Assembly (NCBI GenBank): GCA_050174015.1
Contig: JBFXKG010000007.1
Span: forward strand, 141,343-205,342
Length of the DNA: 64,000 nucleotides
Direction: 5' to 3'
Source: Candidatus Krumholzibacteriia bacterium
Lineage (GTDB): Bacteria > Krumholzibacteriota > Krumholzibacteriia > LZORAL124-64-63
Shown: in pieces, positions 9,340 to 19,637 of the stretch
How positions within the stretch are numbered: the first letter of the stretch is position 1
How the letters are laid out: each line of letters opens with the position of its first letter
The notes under the pieces: generated by a model
What the model saw: the letters and a program-made list of their open reading frames with translations, nothing else
Databases searched by the model: none
Told to the model about the DNA's origin: nothing
Made by a program: the position numbers and the translations under genes

Positions 9340-11361
9340 ATGGACCCGCGACCCCAGCTGCTGGACATCGCCCTGCCGGTCCCCCTGGACCGGACCTTCT
9401 CCTATGGGCACGGACGGATCGACCCCGGGGTCGTCCGGGCCCAGATCGGCGATCTGGTCGTGGCGCCGTTCGGCCGGCGGCGGGAAGTCATCGGGCTGGT
9501 GGTCGGGGCCGCGGACCTCGAGCCGGGGCGGACCAGCGTGGAAGGCGCGGAGCTGAAGGACGTCCTCCGGGTGCTGCCGCCGGAATACCGCATCACCGGG
9601 GACAGGTTGCGCCTGGGCCGCTGGTTGGCCGGCTACTACGCCCTGCCCCTGGGCGAGGTCGTGCCGCTGTTCCATCCGCCCGCGCCGGGCACGAGGACCA
9701 GGGCCGGGGGCCCGAAGGCGGAGACGCCGTATCCCCTGCAGGATCCCCCGGACATCGTCCTGACTCCCGATCAGCGCCGGCCGGTGGCCGCGGCGGTGGA
9801 GCTGCTGGACGCCGAGACCTACGGCGCCCTGCTGCTGCACGGGGTGACCGGCAGCGGGAAGACCGAGGTCTACCTGACGGTCATCGCCGAGGCGCTGGCC
9901 AGAGGCAGGGACGCGATCTACCTCCTGCCGGAAATCGCCCTGACGCCCCAGACCCTGGCCCGGATCACCGCCCGGTTCGGGGACCGGGTGGCCGCGATCC
10001 ACAGCGGGCTGTCGGCGGGGGAACGCTGCCGGGTCCACGAGGCCGCGGCTCGGGGGGAGATCAAGGTGGTGGTGGGCCCGCGGTCGGCCCTGTTCGCGCC
10101 CCTGCGCCGGCTGGGGACGATCGTCGTGGACGAGGAACACGACAATTCCTACAAGCAGGACGAGAAGCCCCGCTACCACGCCCGTCATGCCGCCCTGGTG
10201 CGGGGGCGGGAGAACCGCGCGGTGGTGATCCTGGGATCGGCCACGCCCGACCTGGAAACCGTGACGGGAGCCGAGTCGGGCCTGTTCGCCCTGCACGGCC
10301 TGCCCGAACGGGTCGGGGCCGGGGATCTGCCCCCGGTGGAGATCGTGGACATGCGGGGATCCACGTCGCTCGAGGGCTTCACCTCGGCCTTGACCGAGGC
10401 CCTGGGACAGGTCCTGGAGGACAAGCGCCAGGCGTTGATCTACTACAACCGCCGCGGGTTCGCCCGGGTCATCCAGTGCTCGGCCTGCGGCGAGGCGGCG
10501 GAGTGTCCCAACTGCGACATCGGGCTGACCATGCACCTGCGGCCGCGCCGGCTGCTCTGCCACTACTGCGGCCTGACCCGGCCGATCCCCGACACCTGCC
10601 CGGCCTGCGGGGCCGACGCCTTCCTGCCCGCGGGCGGTGGCACCGAAAAGGTGGAACTCAATCTTCAGGCCCACTTCCCCGAGGCCCGCATCCTGCGCTT
10701 CGACCACGATACGACCCGCCGGCGGGGCAGCCACCAGCGCATCCTGTCGGCCTTCGCCGAGGGCCGGGCCGACATCCTGATCGGCACCCAGATGATCGCC
10801 AAGGGCCACCACTTCCCGGCGGTCGCGCTCGTCGGGGTCCTCGCCGCGGACGACGGCCTGGTCATGCCCGACTTCCGCGCCGCCGAGCGCACGTTCCAGC
10901 TGTTGACCCAGGTCGCCGGCCGGTCCGGCCGGACCGGGATCGGCAAGGTCATCTTCCAGACCTGGAAACCGGACGACCCGGTCATCCTGGCGGCGGCCGG
11001 GCACGACCAGCAGGCGTTCCTGGTCCAGGAATTGCCCAACCGCCGGGCGCTGGGGTACCCCCCGTACCGACGGCTGGCGCGGGTCGGGTTGCTGGGCCGG
11101 AAGCAGGGCATGGTCCAGGAGGCGGCCTCCGGGTTGGCCGCCGCCCTGAGGGGACAGTTCGCCGGTCCCCGATTGACGGTCCTGGGGCCTGCGCCGGCGG
11201 TGTTCGCCAGGCTGCAGGACCGGTTCCGCTTCCAGATCCTGGTCAAGGGATCGCTGACCCTGAAGGAGAAGGCCTGGCTGGCCTCCTGTTGCCGCGGGTT
11301 GAAGGAGACTTACCGTGGACTGGACGTCTTCCACGACATCGATCCCACGGCGATGTTCTGA
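9340..11361 (+). CDS. priA: primosomal protein N' (replication restart helicase)
   Basis: HGVTGSGKTEVY, LLPEIALT, VDEEHD, GSATP, YNRRG, CxxC zinc motifs, GTQMIAKG, QVAGRSGR; start set at ATG 9340 after GGAGAAGG. Confidence 0.95.
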   Translation: MDPRPQLLDIALPVPLDRTFSYGHGRIDPGVVRAQIGDLVVAPFGRRREVIGLVVGAADLEPGRTSVEGAELKDVLRVLPPEYRITGDRLRLGRWLAGYYALPLGEVVPLFHPPAPGTRTRAGGPKAETPYPLQDPPDIVLTPDQRRPVAAAVELLDAETYGALLLHGVTGSGKTEVYLTVIAEALARGRDAIYLLPEIALTPQTLARITARFGDRVAAIHSGLSAGERCRVHEAAARGEIKVVVGPRSALFAPLRRLGTIVVDEEHDNSYKQDEKPRYHARHAALVRGRENRAVVILGSATPDLETVTGAESGLFALHGLPERVGAGDLPPVEIVDMRGSTSLEGFTSALTEALGQVLEDKRQALIYYNRRGFARVIQCSACGEAAECPNCDIGLTMHLRPRRLLCHYCGLTRPIPDTCPACGADAFLPAGGGTEKVELNLQAHFPEARILRFDHDTTRRRGSHQRILSAFAEGRADILIGTQMIAKGHHFPAVALVGVLAADDGLVMPDFRAAERTFQLLTQVAGRSGRTGIGKVIFQTWKPDDPVILAAAGHDQQAFLVQELPNRRALGYPPYRRLARVGLLGRKQGMVQEAASGLAAALRGQFAGPRLTVLGPAPAVFARLQDRFRFQILVKGSLTLKEKAWLASCCRGLKETYRGLDVFHDIDPTAMF

Positions 11362-11422
11362 CCCGGCCGGCGCGGGTTTCGGTTCAGTTCGGACGGGGAA
11401 TGCCGAAAAAACCAATGATTAT

Positions 11423-11450
11423 TTGAAGTCTGGAACGATTCTGGTAGAAT
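11423..11450 (+). promoter_or_regulatory. sigma70-type promoter candidate
   Basis: TTGAAG-N16-TAGAAT with extended -10 TG, in an AT-rich gap upstream of 11516. Confidence 0.45.
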
Positions 11451-11515
11451 GGTGGCTGGAATCCACCGCCGGCGGGGTGTCGGCGGTTTCGCTCGCCTCC
11501 CGGGAAAGGTACGAC

Positions 11516-14500
11516 ATGCAAGGCAGGACAACCCGCAGGACCGGACAGCTGGCCCTTGCCCTCTTCGCCCTGGCCGCCCTGGCGGCTCCCCTCGCCGCGG
11601 CTGCCGACCGGCCGGCCGCCATGGAGGCTCCCGACCTCCAGGACATCCAGCGCCGCATCGACGAGAACGGCTGGAGCTTCGAGGTCACCGACCGTTTCAG
11701 CAGCACGCTCACTCCCGAGCAGCGCGCCAACCTGCGGGGCTACAATCCCCCTCCGGGTTACGAGGACGAACTGCGCAAGCACCTGAAGATCTACCCCGTC
11801 GACAAGGCCCTTCCCTCCAGCCTGGACTGGCGGGATCTCGACGGGGTCACCTCCGTCAAGAACCAGGGCGATTGCGGATCCTGCTGGGCCTTCGCCGCCA
11901 CCGCGGAGATGGAATCCTTCGTGAAGATCTATTACGGACAGGAACTGGATCTGAGCGAGCAGCAGGTCGTCTCCTGCAACCCCTACGGGGCCGGCTGCGG
12001 CGGCGGCTGGGCTTCGGCGGCCTACTACGTGTTCCGCAACGACGGGGCCGTCATGGAGAACTGCGCACCCTACGTGGGGATGGATCCCCCCGTCGCCCCC
12101 TGCACCCAGGACGACTTCCTGAAGTATGCGACGATCACCGGCTGGAACTACATCGCCAACGACGTCGCCCAGATCAAGGCCGCCCTGCAGACCGGACCGG
12201 TCTGCACCGCCATCGACGCCGGTCCGGAGTTCGAGGCCTATGGCGGGGGCTGTTACGACGTGCCGGGTGGCATGACCAACCACCTGGTCCTCATCGTCGG
12301 CTACGACGACCGGGCCTGCAACGGCAACGGCGCCTGGATCATCAAGAACAGCTGGGGCGCGGATTTCGGCCAGGCGGGATACATCGAGGTCCAGTACGGC
12401 GCCGGATCCACGGGCACCAGCTGCACCCAGCTGGTCTACTCGCCGCCGCCGACCACGATCACTCTCGACCCCTTCCTGGGCCAGGAGCCCCTGTACGGGG
12501 ACCAGGAACTGGAGTTGACCTGGACGACCAGCGGCGATCCGGCAGCAACGGTGGACATCTGGGTCGGGCTCGCCGGCGACTGCCACGACGTTCCTGTCGC
12601 CACGGGCGTACCCAACACCGGCAGCTACCTGTGGACCGTTCCCAACCACGGCACCGCGTACGCCAGCCTGGTCGTGTTCCCCGGCGGGAACAGCCTGCAG
12701 GGCTTCGACCTGCCCGACCGGAATCTCGAAATCATCGGGCACAAGGTCCGCTACGTATCCCCGTCGGGAAGCAACACCGCTCCGTACGAGACGCCGCAGA
12801 CCGCAGCCCACACCATCGGGGCCGCGGTCACCGCCTGCACCGGCACCGATACGGTCCTGGTCGTGGGGGGCGACTTCAGCGGGTCGGTGACGGTGGCCTC
12901 GACCGTCCGGCTGCTCGGGTCCTGGGATCCCACCTTCACCGTCCAGGATTCCGAGGTCCATCCCACCCGGCTGCAGGGCGGGGGATCGGCCCTGAAGTTC
13001 TTCGCGGCCAGCGGGGACTACGGCCTGGTCGAGAAGTTCGTCTTCCATGACTGCGTCGGGGGCAACTATTCCCAGCCGATGCCCGGGGTCCACGGCGGGG
13101 CCATCTACAGCATCAACGCCTCGCCGACCATCCGGGATTGCGTCTTCCAGACCAACCGCGCGGCGCTGGGCTCGGGCTTCGGGGTCGGGGGCGCGCTCTG
13201 CCTGGTCGGAGGGGCTCCGGTGATCGAGAACTGCACCTTCACCGGCAACATCGCCACCAGGGGCGGAGCCGCGGGCGTGTTCGCGGGGGCCTCGGCCAGC
13301 TTCGTCGACTGCGACCTGACGGCCAACAGCTGCAGCGACAGCCTGCCCGACTACTTCGGAGCGGGGGTCTACGTCCAGGACGCGACCGTGGTCCTCCAGG
13401 GTTCCACCCTCGCGGGCAACGGCGGCTCGTACCAGGGCGGCGGCATCTACCTCGACGGCGGGCAGGTCGAACTGGTCGATGCGGTCCTGAGGAACAACCG
13501 CGCCAACCAGAGCGGGGGCGGAGTGCAGGCGGTCGGGGGATCGCTGGTCATGACCCGCGCCACGGTCGAGGGCAACTCGGCGGGGGCTTCGTTCGGCGGC
13601 GGCGTGATGGCCGAGGGGGCCGACCTGGTCCTGCGGAACGTCCGGTTCACCGGAAACGCGTCGGCCAGCCTGGGCGGGGCCCTGTACACCTCGGCGGTGA
13701 CCGGCCTGGTCGAGAACTGCCTGGCCGACGGGAACACCGGGGCCCTCGTCGGGGGCCTGGTGATCCTCAGCGACGCCGGGTTCGCCCTGCGCAACACGGT
13801 CATCTACGGGAACACCGGCGGCGGCCTGCTGGGCGGAGGCGCGGCGTTCTCGGCCGACTACAACAACGTCTGGAACAACAGCGGCGGGGATTACATCTCC
13901 ACCGAACCGGGCCCCAACGATCTGGGTTGCGAGCCCCAGTTCGTGGATCTCGGCGGTGGCGATCCGGGCCTGGGCGTCCATTCGCCCCTGATCGACGCCG
14001 GCCAGCCGGGTTGCCTCGATCCCGACGGCTCCCCCTCGGACGTCGGCCTGTGCGGGGGGCCCGCGGCGGACTTTCCGGCCCCGGCCAGGGTGGGCGGCCT
14101 GGCCCTGACCGCCCTGGAGGGCGGCAGCTACCGGCTGGACTGGGTGCCCAACGTCGAGCCCGACGTGGACCACTACGTGGTCTACCGCGATTCGGCCGAG
14201 GTCTTCGTCCCCGCGGCGGGCAAGGCGCTGGGCCAGGTGACCCATCCCACGGCCACCTTCACGGACACCCCGCCCTTCGCCGAGGGATACTACCTGGTGG
14301 TGGCCGTCGATTCCCAGGGCCATGCCGGCGGGTATTCCGAAGCGGTCCTTTTCTCCTCGTCCGGGCTATCCGGGGCCGGGGATCCCGTCTTGCCGGCGGT
14401 CCTGGACATCCGGGGCATCTATCCCAATCCCTTCAACCCCACCACGACCATCCTGTTCGAGGTCCCGCTGGACGGCCGCGTCCGGCTGGAGATCTTCGAC

Positions 14501-14674
14501 GTGCGCGGCCGGAAGGTCTGCGGGCTGGTGGATGAGGTCCTGCAGGCGGGGGCGCACCGCGTCACCTGGAGGGGACGGGATGAACGGGGTTCGGCCGCGG
14601 CCTCGGGCATCTACTTCGCCCGGCTCGATGACGGTCACCGCAGGGTGACCACCAAGATGGTCCTGGCCCGCTAG
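11516..14674 (+). CDS. secreted papain-family (C1A) cysteine peptidase with parallel beta-helix repeats and C-terminal FlgD-Ig/T9SS-like domain
   Basis: Signal peptide; DWRD, QGDCGSCWAF (Cys), NHLVLIVGY (His), IKNSWG (Asn); GGAI/FxxN repeats; YPNPFNP..GIYFARL..KMVLAR. Confidence 0.88.
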   Translation: MQGRTTRRTGQLALALFALAALAAPLAAAADRPAAMEAPDLQDIQRRIDENGWSFEVTDRFSSTLTPEQRANLRGYNPPPGYEDELRKHLKIYPVDKALPSSLDWRDLDGVTSVKNQGDCGSCWAFAATAEMESFVKIYYGQELDLSEQQVVSCNPYGAGCGGGWASAAYYVFRNDGAVMENCAPYVGMDPPVAPCTQDDFLKYATITGWNYIANDVAQIKAALQTGPVCTAIDAGPEFEAYGGGCYDVPGGMTNHLVLIVGYDDRACNGNGAWIIKNSWGADFGQAGYIEVQYGAGSTGTSCTQLVYSPPPTTITLDPFLGQEPLYGDQELELTWTTSGDPAATVDIWVGLAGDCHDVPVATGVPNTGSYLWTVPNHGTAYASLVVFPGGNSLQGFDLPDRNLEIIGHKVRYVSPSGSNTAPYETPQTAAHTIGAAVTACTGTDTVLVVGGDFSGSVTVASTVRLLGSWDPTFTVQDSEVHPTRLQGGGSALKFFAASGDYGLVEKFVFHDCVGGNYSQPMPGVHGGAIYSINASPTIRDCVFQTNRAALGSGFGVGGALCLVGGAPVIENCTFTGNIATRGGAAGVFAGASASFVDCDLTANSCSDSLPDYFGAGVYVQDATVVLQGSTLAGNGGSYQGGGIYLDGGQVELVDAVLRNNRANQSGGGVQAVGGSLVMTRATVEGNSAGASFGGGVMAEGADLVLRNVRFTGNASASLGGALYTSAVTGLVENCLADGNTGALVGGLVILSDAGFALRNTVIYGNTGGGLLGGGAAFSADYNNVWNNSGGDYISTEPGPNDLGCEPQFVDLGGGDPGLGVHSPLIDAGQPGCLDPDGSPSDVGLCGGPAADFPAPARVGGLALTALEGGSYRLDWVPNVEPDVDHYVVYRDSAEVFVPAAGKALGQVTHPTATFTDTPPFAEGYYLVVAVDSQGHAGGYSEAVLFSSSGLSGAGDPVLPAVLDIRGIYPNPFNPTTTILFEVPLDGRVRLEIFDVRGRKVCGLVDEVLQAGAHRVTWRGRDERGSAAASGIYFARLDDGHRRVTTKMVLAR

Positions 14675-14727
14675 GGCACGGGGATCGACGACGATTGCGA
14701 TGACGCCCACGGTCCCGGCCGTGGGCG

Positions 14728-15915
14728 TCAGTCCAACCAGCGAAGGATCTCCTCGGTCCGCACCTGGCCGAAGATGTTCATCTGACCCAGCCCGCGGGGC
14801 AGCACCCAGTTGAGCCCCTGGCGGCTGGTCTGCTTCTTGTCGCCCTGGAGCATCCGCTCCAGTTCGGCCGGATCGGGCGCGGGATGGCTCACCGGCAGCC
14901 CGCAGGCTTCCAGCAATTCCACCATCTGCACGGCCGCGGGCAGGGGGCACTCGCCCCGCTGGGCGGCGACCCGGAAGACGACGGCCATGCCGATGGCGAC
15001 GGCCTGCCCGTGGCTCAAGGGGGTCCCGCTGCGGTGGCTGATGGCCTCCAGGGCGTGGCCCAGGGTGTGACCCAGATTGAGGCTGCGTCGCAGGCCGCCC
15101 TCCTGGAAGTCCCGCGTGACGATGCGGGCCTTGACCGAGGCCGCACGTCCGATCCACGAGGTCCAGTCGAGACTGCCGAGCACCCCGGGCACGGGGCCGT
15201 CGGCATCCGGACCGGCGAAGAGGTTGAACAGCCGCGGTCTGGCCTCGTGCATCTCCCGGAAGAGTTCCGGATCGCCGATGGCTGCCGTCTTGATGAGCTC
15301 GGCCAGGCCGTCGCGCCAGGCGCCGCGCGGCAGGGAGCAGAGGAACCCGGGATCGGCGAGGATGCCCGAGGCGGGATGGAAGCAGCCCACCGGGTTCTTC
15401 AGGCCGGCGGCGTTGACGGCGGTCTTGCCGCCGATGCTGGCGTCCACCATGGCCAGCAGGGTCGTGGGGACGGACACGAAGCCCACTCCCCGGCGCCAGG
15501 TCGCCGCGGCCATCCCCGCCAGGTCCAGCAAGGCCCCGCCGCCGATCCCCACGATGACTCCGTCCCGCGCCAGGCGGCCACCGGCCAGCCACTCGTAAAC
15601 CTCCTCCAGTCGCCCCAGGGTCTTGCATCCCTCGCCGCCGGGCAGGATGAGGGTGCGGGGGGAGGGGTGGCCGCAGGCCTGGTGGATCTGTTCGAGCCAG
15701 GGAGCGTGGCCGGAGGCCACAGCCTGGTCGAGGATGACCACCGGAGGGGGATGGGGGACGAACGCCCCCAGTTCGAGGCAGGCCAGCGGACCCAGCACGT
15801 ATGTGCTGGACCGGCCCCCGAGGGTCATGCCGATGCGGATCGGGCGCGTGCTCACGATGAGGATCTCCAGGGAAAAGGTCCGCGGAAAACCCAGTCTGTC
15901 GAGGGTGTTTTCCAT
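14728..15915 (-). CDS. aroB: 3-dehydroquinate synthase
   Basis: GEGCKTL, GGGALLDLAG, VPTTLLAMVDASIGGKTAVN, KNPVG, AELIK, LNLGHTLGHALE, HGQAVAIG; start uncertain (alternative 15828). Confidence 0.9.
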   Translation of the reverse strand: MENTLDRLGFPRTFSLEILIVSTRPIRIGMTLGGRSSTYVLGPLACLELGAFVPHPPPVVILDQAVASGHAPWLEQIHQACGHPSPRTLILPGGEGCKTLGRLEEVYEWLAGGRLARDGVIVGIGGGALLDLAGMAAATWRRGVGFVSVPTTLLAMVDASIGGKTAVNAAGLKNPVGCFHPASGILADPGFLCSLPRGAWRDGLAELIKTAAIGDPELFREMHEARPRLFNLFAGPDADGPVPGVLGSLDWTSWIGRAASVKARIVTRDFQEGGLRRSLNLGHTLGHALEAISHRSGTPLSHGQAVAIGMAVVFRVAAQRGECPLPAAVQMVELLEACGLPVSHPAPDPAELERMLQGDKKQTSRQGLNWVLPRGLGQMNIFGQVRTEEILRWLD

Positions 15916-15994
15916 CCGGCAGGTGTTCGGGAAACCCTTGTAGTGAAAGTGACTATCACTATCGCAAGCTTGCCGAATCCGGCGGGGGTTTCCC

Positions 15995-16023
15995 TTGTTT
16001 CCGCCGTCGGGGAGGACTACTTT
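15995..16023 (+). promoter_or_regulatory. sigma70-type promoter candidate for the oxidoreductase operon
   Basis: TTGTTT-N17-TACTTT in the divergent aroB/por gap. Confidence 0.35.
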
Positions 16024-16088
16024 AACCGTGCCGGAACATCGGATTCTACACTCCGGCCGCGATGATTACCACCAAAGGAGTGATCTCC

Positions 16089-16694
16089 ATGAGTTCCCCA
16101 AACGCTGCAGCCGCCACCGGCCAGATGGTCGAGATTCGCTGGCACGCGCGGGGCGGGCAGGGCGCCAAGACGGCTGCCATGTTCCTGGCCGAGGCGGTGC
16201 TGGAAAAGGGAAAGTACGGTCAGGGATTCCCCGAATACGGCCCCGAGCGCCGCGGCGCCCCCATGCGGGGCTATACCCGCATCAGCGAGAGACCCATCCG
16301 CCGGCATTGCATGATCGAGAATCCGGGCATCGTCATCGTCCTGGATCCGAGCCTGCTGGATTCCCCCGCCGCAGGCGTGACCGCCGGCACGGGCAAGGGC
16401 ACCGTGTTCCTGGTCAACACCACCGAATCGCCCGCCTTCATCCGCGACAAGCTGAAGGTCAAGGACGCCAAGGTCTTCACCGTCGATGCCACCGGCATCG
16501 CTCTCGATACCATCGGCCGCCCGATCCCCAACATGCCCATGATCGGCGCCCTGCTGGCCGTGGACGACATGATGACCGTCGAGGAGCTCAAGGGAGCCCT
16601 GGTCGGCCAGCTCAGCAGCAAGTTTTCCCAGGCCGTGATCGACGGCAACCTGGCCGCCGTGGACCGGGCCAACAAGGAGTTGGTGTCCGAATGA
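16089..16694 (+). CDS. porC: pyruvate/2-oxoacid:ferredoxin oxidoreductase gamma subunit
   Basis: EIRWHARGGQGAKTA, FPEYGPERRGAP, PIPNMPMIGA; RBS AAGGAG. Confidence 0.9.
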   Translation: MSSPNAAAATGQMVEIRWHARGGQGAKTAAMFLAEAVLEKGKYGQGFPEYGPERRGAPMRGYTRISERPIRRHCMIENPGIVIVLDPSLLDSPAAGVTAGTGKGTVFLVNTTESPAFIRDKLKVKDAKVFTVDATGIALDTIGRPIPNMPMIGALLAVDDMMTVEELKGALVGQLSSKFSQAVIDGNLAAVDRANKELVSE

Positions 16695-16999
16695 GTTTCA
16701 TCAAGACCAAAGAGCTGCCTGAAGGCGGCATCATCCGTGAGGCGGGAAACGCCCACGACTACAAGACCGGCGACTGGCGGACGTTCGTCCCGCAGTTCGT
16801 CGAGGAGAACTGCATCCACTGCATGTTCTGCTGGATCTACTGCCCCGATTCGGCCATCGAGATCGACACCACCGGCGGGAAGCCCCTGATGAAGGGCATC
16901 ATCCTGGACCACTGCAAGGGCTGCGGCATCTGCGCCCACGAGTGTCCTCCCGTCAAGAAGGGCAAGGCCGCCCTGGTCATGGTCCGCGAAGAGAAGTAG
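16691..16999 (+). CDS. porD: pyruvate/2-oxoacid:ferredoxin oxidoreductase delta subunit (2x[4Fe-4S])
   Basis: KTGDWRT, CIHCMFCWIYCP, CKGCGICAHECP; ATGA overlap. Confidence 0.92.
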   Translation: MSFIKTKELPEGGIIREAGNAHDYKTGDWRTFVPQFVEENCIHCMFCWIYCPDSAIEIDTTGGKPLMKGIILDHCKGCGICAHECPPVKKGKAALVMVREEK

Positions 17000-17025
17000 C
17001 GCCCAGCGCCGGAAAGGATAGAGTC

Positions 17026-18201
17026 ATGAAACAGAAACTCGTGGCGCTGTCGGGAAACGAAGCGGTGGCCTACGCCTTCAAGCAGGCCAGACCCCACGTG
17101 GCGTCCGCTTTCCCCATCACGCCCCAGACCGAGATGATGCACAAGTTCGCCGAGTTCGTGGCCAACGGCGAATCGACCACGGAGATGATCCTGGTCGAGA
17201 GCGAGCATTCGGCCATGAGCGCGGCCGTGGGTTCGGCCGCCGCCGGCGCCCGCACCTTCACGGCCACCAGCAGCGCCGGGTTCGCCCTGATGTGGGAGGT
17301 CGTCTACATCGCCGCCTCCCTGCGCCTGCCCATCTGCATGGCCCTGGTGAACCGGGCCCTCAGCGGGAACATCAACATCCACTGCGACCACAGCGACAGC
17401 ATGGGCGGCCGTGACGCCGGCTGGATCCACCTGTTCAGCGAGAACGCCCAGGAATCCTACGACAACGCCGTGATGGCCTGGCGGATCGCCGAGCACATGG
17501 ACGTCCGCCTGCCGGTGATGGTCAACTACGACGGCTTCATCATCAGCCACACCGCCGACAGCCTGCACATGCTGCCCGACGACGTGGCCTACGACTTCAT
17601 CGGCAAGTACAAGCCCGCCTACACCCTGCTGGACGTCGAGAACCCCATCACGGTCGGTCCCCTGGATCTGACCGACTACTACTTCGAGCACAAGACCAGC
17701 CAGCTGGCCGCCTACGCCAAGGCCGCCGAGGTGGTCCAGAAGGTCAGCGAGGAGTACGGCGCCCTGACCGGCCGCACCTACGAGTACTGCGAGGAGTACA
17801 AGCTGGACGACGCCGACCTGGTCATGGTGATCCTGGGGTCGAGCGCCGGCACCGCCAAGGACGTCATCGACGACTACCGTGCCAAGGGCGTCAAGGCCGG
17901 GCTGCTGAAGATCCGGATGTTCCGCCCCTTCCCGGCGAAGTACATCGCCGAGAAGCTCGCCGGCCGCAAGGCCGTCGCGGTGCTCGACCGTTCGGCCAGC
18001 TTCGGCGGGTTCGGCGGTCCGGTGTTCACCGAGGTGCGCTCGGCGATGTACGGCCAGCAGGTGCCCCTGCACGGCTACATCTACGGGCTGGGCGGACGCG
18101 ACTTCGACCTCGGACAGGTCGCCACCGTCATCGAGAACCTGAAGAAGGTCGCCGCCGGCGGCCGGGTCGAGGACATCAACCTGCTGGGCGTCAGGCTCTA
18201 G
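17026..18201 (+). CDS. porA: pyruvate/2-oxoacid:ferredoxin oxidoreductase alpha subunit
   Basis: SGNEAVA, FPITPQT, VESEHSAMS, TATSS, NRALS, YGLGGRD. Confidence 0.93.
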   Translation: MKQKLVALSGNEAVAYAFKQARPHVASAFPITPQTEMMHKFAEFVANGESTTEMILVESEHSAMSAAVGSAAAGARTFTATSSAGFALMWEVVYIAASLRLPICMALVNRALSGNINIHCDHSDSMGGRDAGWIHLFSENAQESYDNAVMAWRIAEHMDVRLPVMVNYDGFIISHTADSLHMLPDDVAYDFIGKYKPAYTLLDVENPITVGPLDLTDYYFEHKTSQLAAYAKAAEVVQKVSEEYGALTGRTYEYCEEYKLDDADLVMVILGSSAGTAKDVIDDYRAKGVKAGLLKIRMFRPFPAKYIAEKLAGRKAVAVLDRSASFGGFGGPVFTEVRSAMYGQQVPLHGYIYGLGGRDFDLGQVATVIENLKKVAAGGRVEDINLLGVRL

Positions 18202-18217
18202 GAAAGGAGGCACGGAC

Positions 18218-19159
18218 ATGGTCGTCAATCTCAAGACATTGACCCAGAACGAAGACCTCCTCAGCGGAGGGCATCGGGCCTGCGCCGGCTGCACGGGGTC
18301 GAACATCCTGCGTCAGATCATGCTGACCGCGGGGAAGGACACCGTCGTCGGCGGGGCCACCGGATGCATGGAGGTGGTCACCACCATCTTCCCCTACACC
18401 GCCTGGCGGACCTCGTTCATCCACAGCGCGTTCGAGAACTGCGCCGCGACCGTCAGCGGCGTCGAGACCGCGTTCCGGTCCCTGAAGAAGCACGGCGACC
18501 TGCCGGTGCAGCGCGAGAAGATGAACTTCATCGCGTTCGGCGGGGACGGCGGCACCTACGACATCGGCATCCAGTCGCTGTCCGGGGCCATGGAGCGCGG
18601 CCACAACATGCTGTACGTCTGCTACGACAACGAGGCTTACATGAACACCGGCATCCAGCGCTCGAGCGCGACGCCCATGGGCGCGCACACCTCGACCGCC
18701 CCGGCCGGATCGGTGAAGCAGGGCAAGGAGCAGAACCGCAAGGACCTGACCCGGATCATGGTCGCCCACAACATCCCGTACGTGGCCCAGACCACGCCCT
18801 ACCACTGGAAGGACCTGGCCACCAAGGTGGAGAAGGCCCTGGCCGTGGACGGGCCGGCGTTCATCAACATCCTGATGCCCTGCACCGTGGGCTGGCACTT
18901 CGACACCGCCATCGGCATGGACATCGCCCGCGAAGCGGTCGAGACCAACTTCTGGCCGCTGTTCGAGGTGGAGCACGGGGTCTACAAGATCAACCACAAG
19001 CCGAAGGAACGGCTGCCCATCGCCGACTGGATGAAGAAGCAGGGCCGCTTCAAGCACCTGTTCAAGCCCGGGAACGAGCACCTGCTGGAACGCAGCCAGC
19101 AGCACATCGATGCCGAGTGGAGCAAGCTGCTGAAGCTGGAGGAGATGACCCAGGGCTGA
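18218..19159 (+). CDS. porB: pyruvate/2-oxoacid:ferredoxin oxidoreductase beta subunit (TPP-binding)
   Basis: GHRACAGC, ATGCMEV, GGDGGTYDIG, YDNEAYMNTGIQRS. Confidence 0.93.
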   Translation: MVVNLKTLTQNEDLLSGGHRACAGCTGSNILRQIMLTAGKDTVVGGATGCMEVVTTIFPYTAWRTSFIHSAFENCAATVSGVETAFRSLKKHGDLPVQREKMNFIAFGGDGGTYDIGIQSLSGAMERGHNMLYVCYDNEAYMNTGIQRSSATPMGAHTSTAPAGSVKQGKEQNRKDLTRIMVAHNIPYVAQTTPYHWKDLATKVEKALAVDGPAFINILMPCTVGWHFDTAIGMDIAREAVETNFWPLFEVEHGVYKINHKPKERLPIADWMKKQGRFKHLFKPGNEHLLERSQQHIDAEWSKLLKLEEMTQG

Positions 19160-19183
19160 CCTTCCGCAATGGTCCATCGCAGC

Positions 19184-19215
19184 AATGGCCGGTCCCCGTG
19201 AAGGGACCGGCCATT
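19184..19215. terminator. 13-bp hairpin between convergent genes
   Basis: AATGGCCGGTCCC-cgtgaa-GGGACCGGCCATT. Confidence 0.6.
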
Positions 19216-19219
19216 CTCG

Positions 19220-19561
19220 TCAGGGGCGGGGGGAGGACCGCAGGACCGAGGGGGCGGACAGGACCAGCCCGAGGGCCCCGAGGGCGAGCGGCAGGACGGT
19301 CAGGGGAAACCGGTCCGCCTGGATCAGGATGACCAGGTCGTTGATCCCGACGAAAGCCAGGATGAAGGCGTAGAGCCACCAGGTCCAGGCCTGGCCCGCG
19401 GGCCAGCCCCTGGCCGCCAGGACCGACGCCGCCAGCCCGTTGGCCACGAGATTGGCAGCCCCGAAATGGGGCCAGCCCGTCCGGACGATGATCAGGAGCC
19501 CCATCATCACGGGGATGAGCCCCGCCAGGGCGCCCGCCAGGATTCCCGCCGATCTCGCCAT
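19220..19561 (-). CDS. small hypothetical membrane protein (113 aa, about 4 TM)
   Basis: ATG 19561 preceded by GGAGGT; hydrophobic segments MARSAGILAGALAGLIPVMMGLLII... Confidence 0.65.
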   Translation of the reverse strand: MARSAGILAGALAGLIPVMMGLLIIVRTGWPHFGAANLVANGLAASVLAARGWPAGQAWTWWLYAFILAFVGINDLVILIQADRFPLTVLPLALGALGLVLSAPSVLRSSPRP

Positions 19562-19584
19562 GTCCGACCTCCCGGCTTTTGCAG

Positions 19585-19612
19585 TTGATCCGAACTGTAA
19601 AAACGATATAAT
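19585..19612 (+). promoter_or_regulatory. sigma70-type promoter candidate
   Basis: TTGATC-N16-TATAAT upstream of 19638. Confidence 0.55.
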
Positions 19613-19637
19613 AACTCCTCTTTTGAGGGGAGACCAG

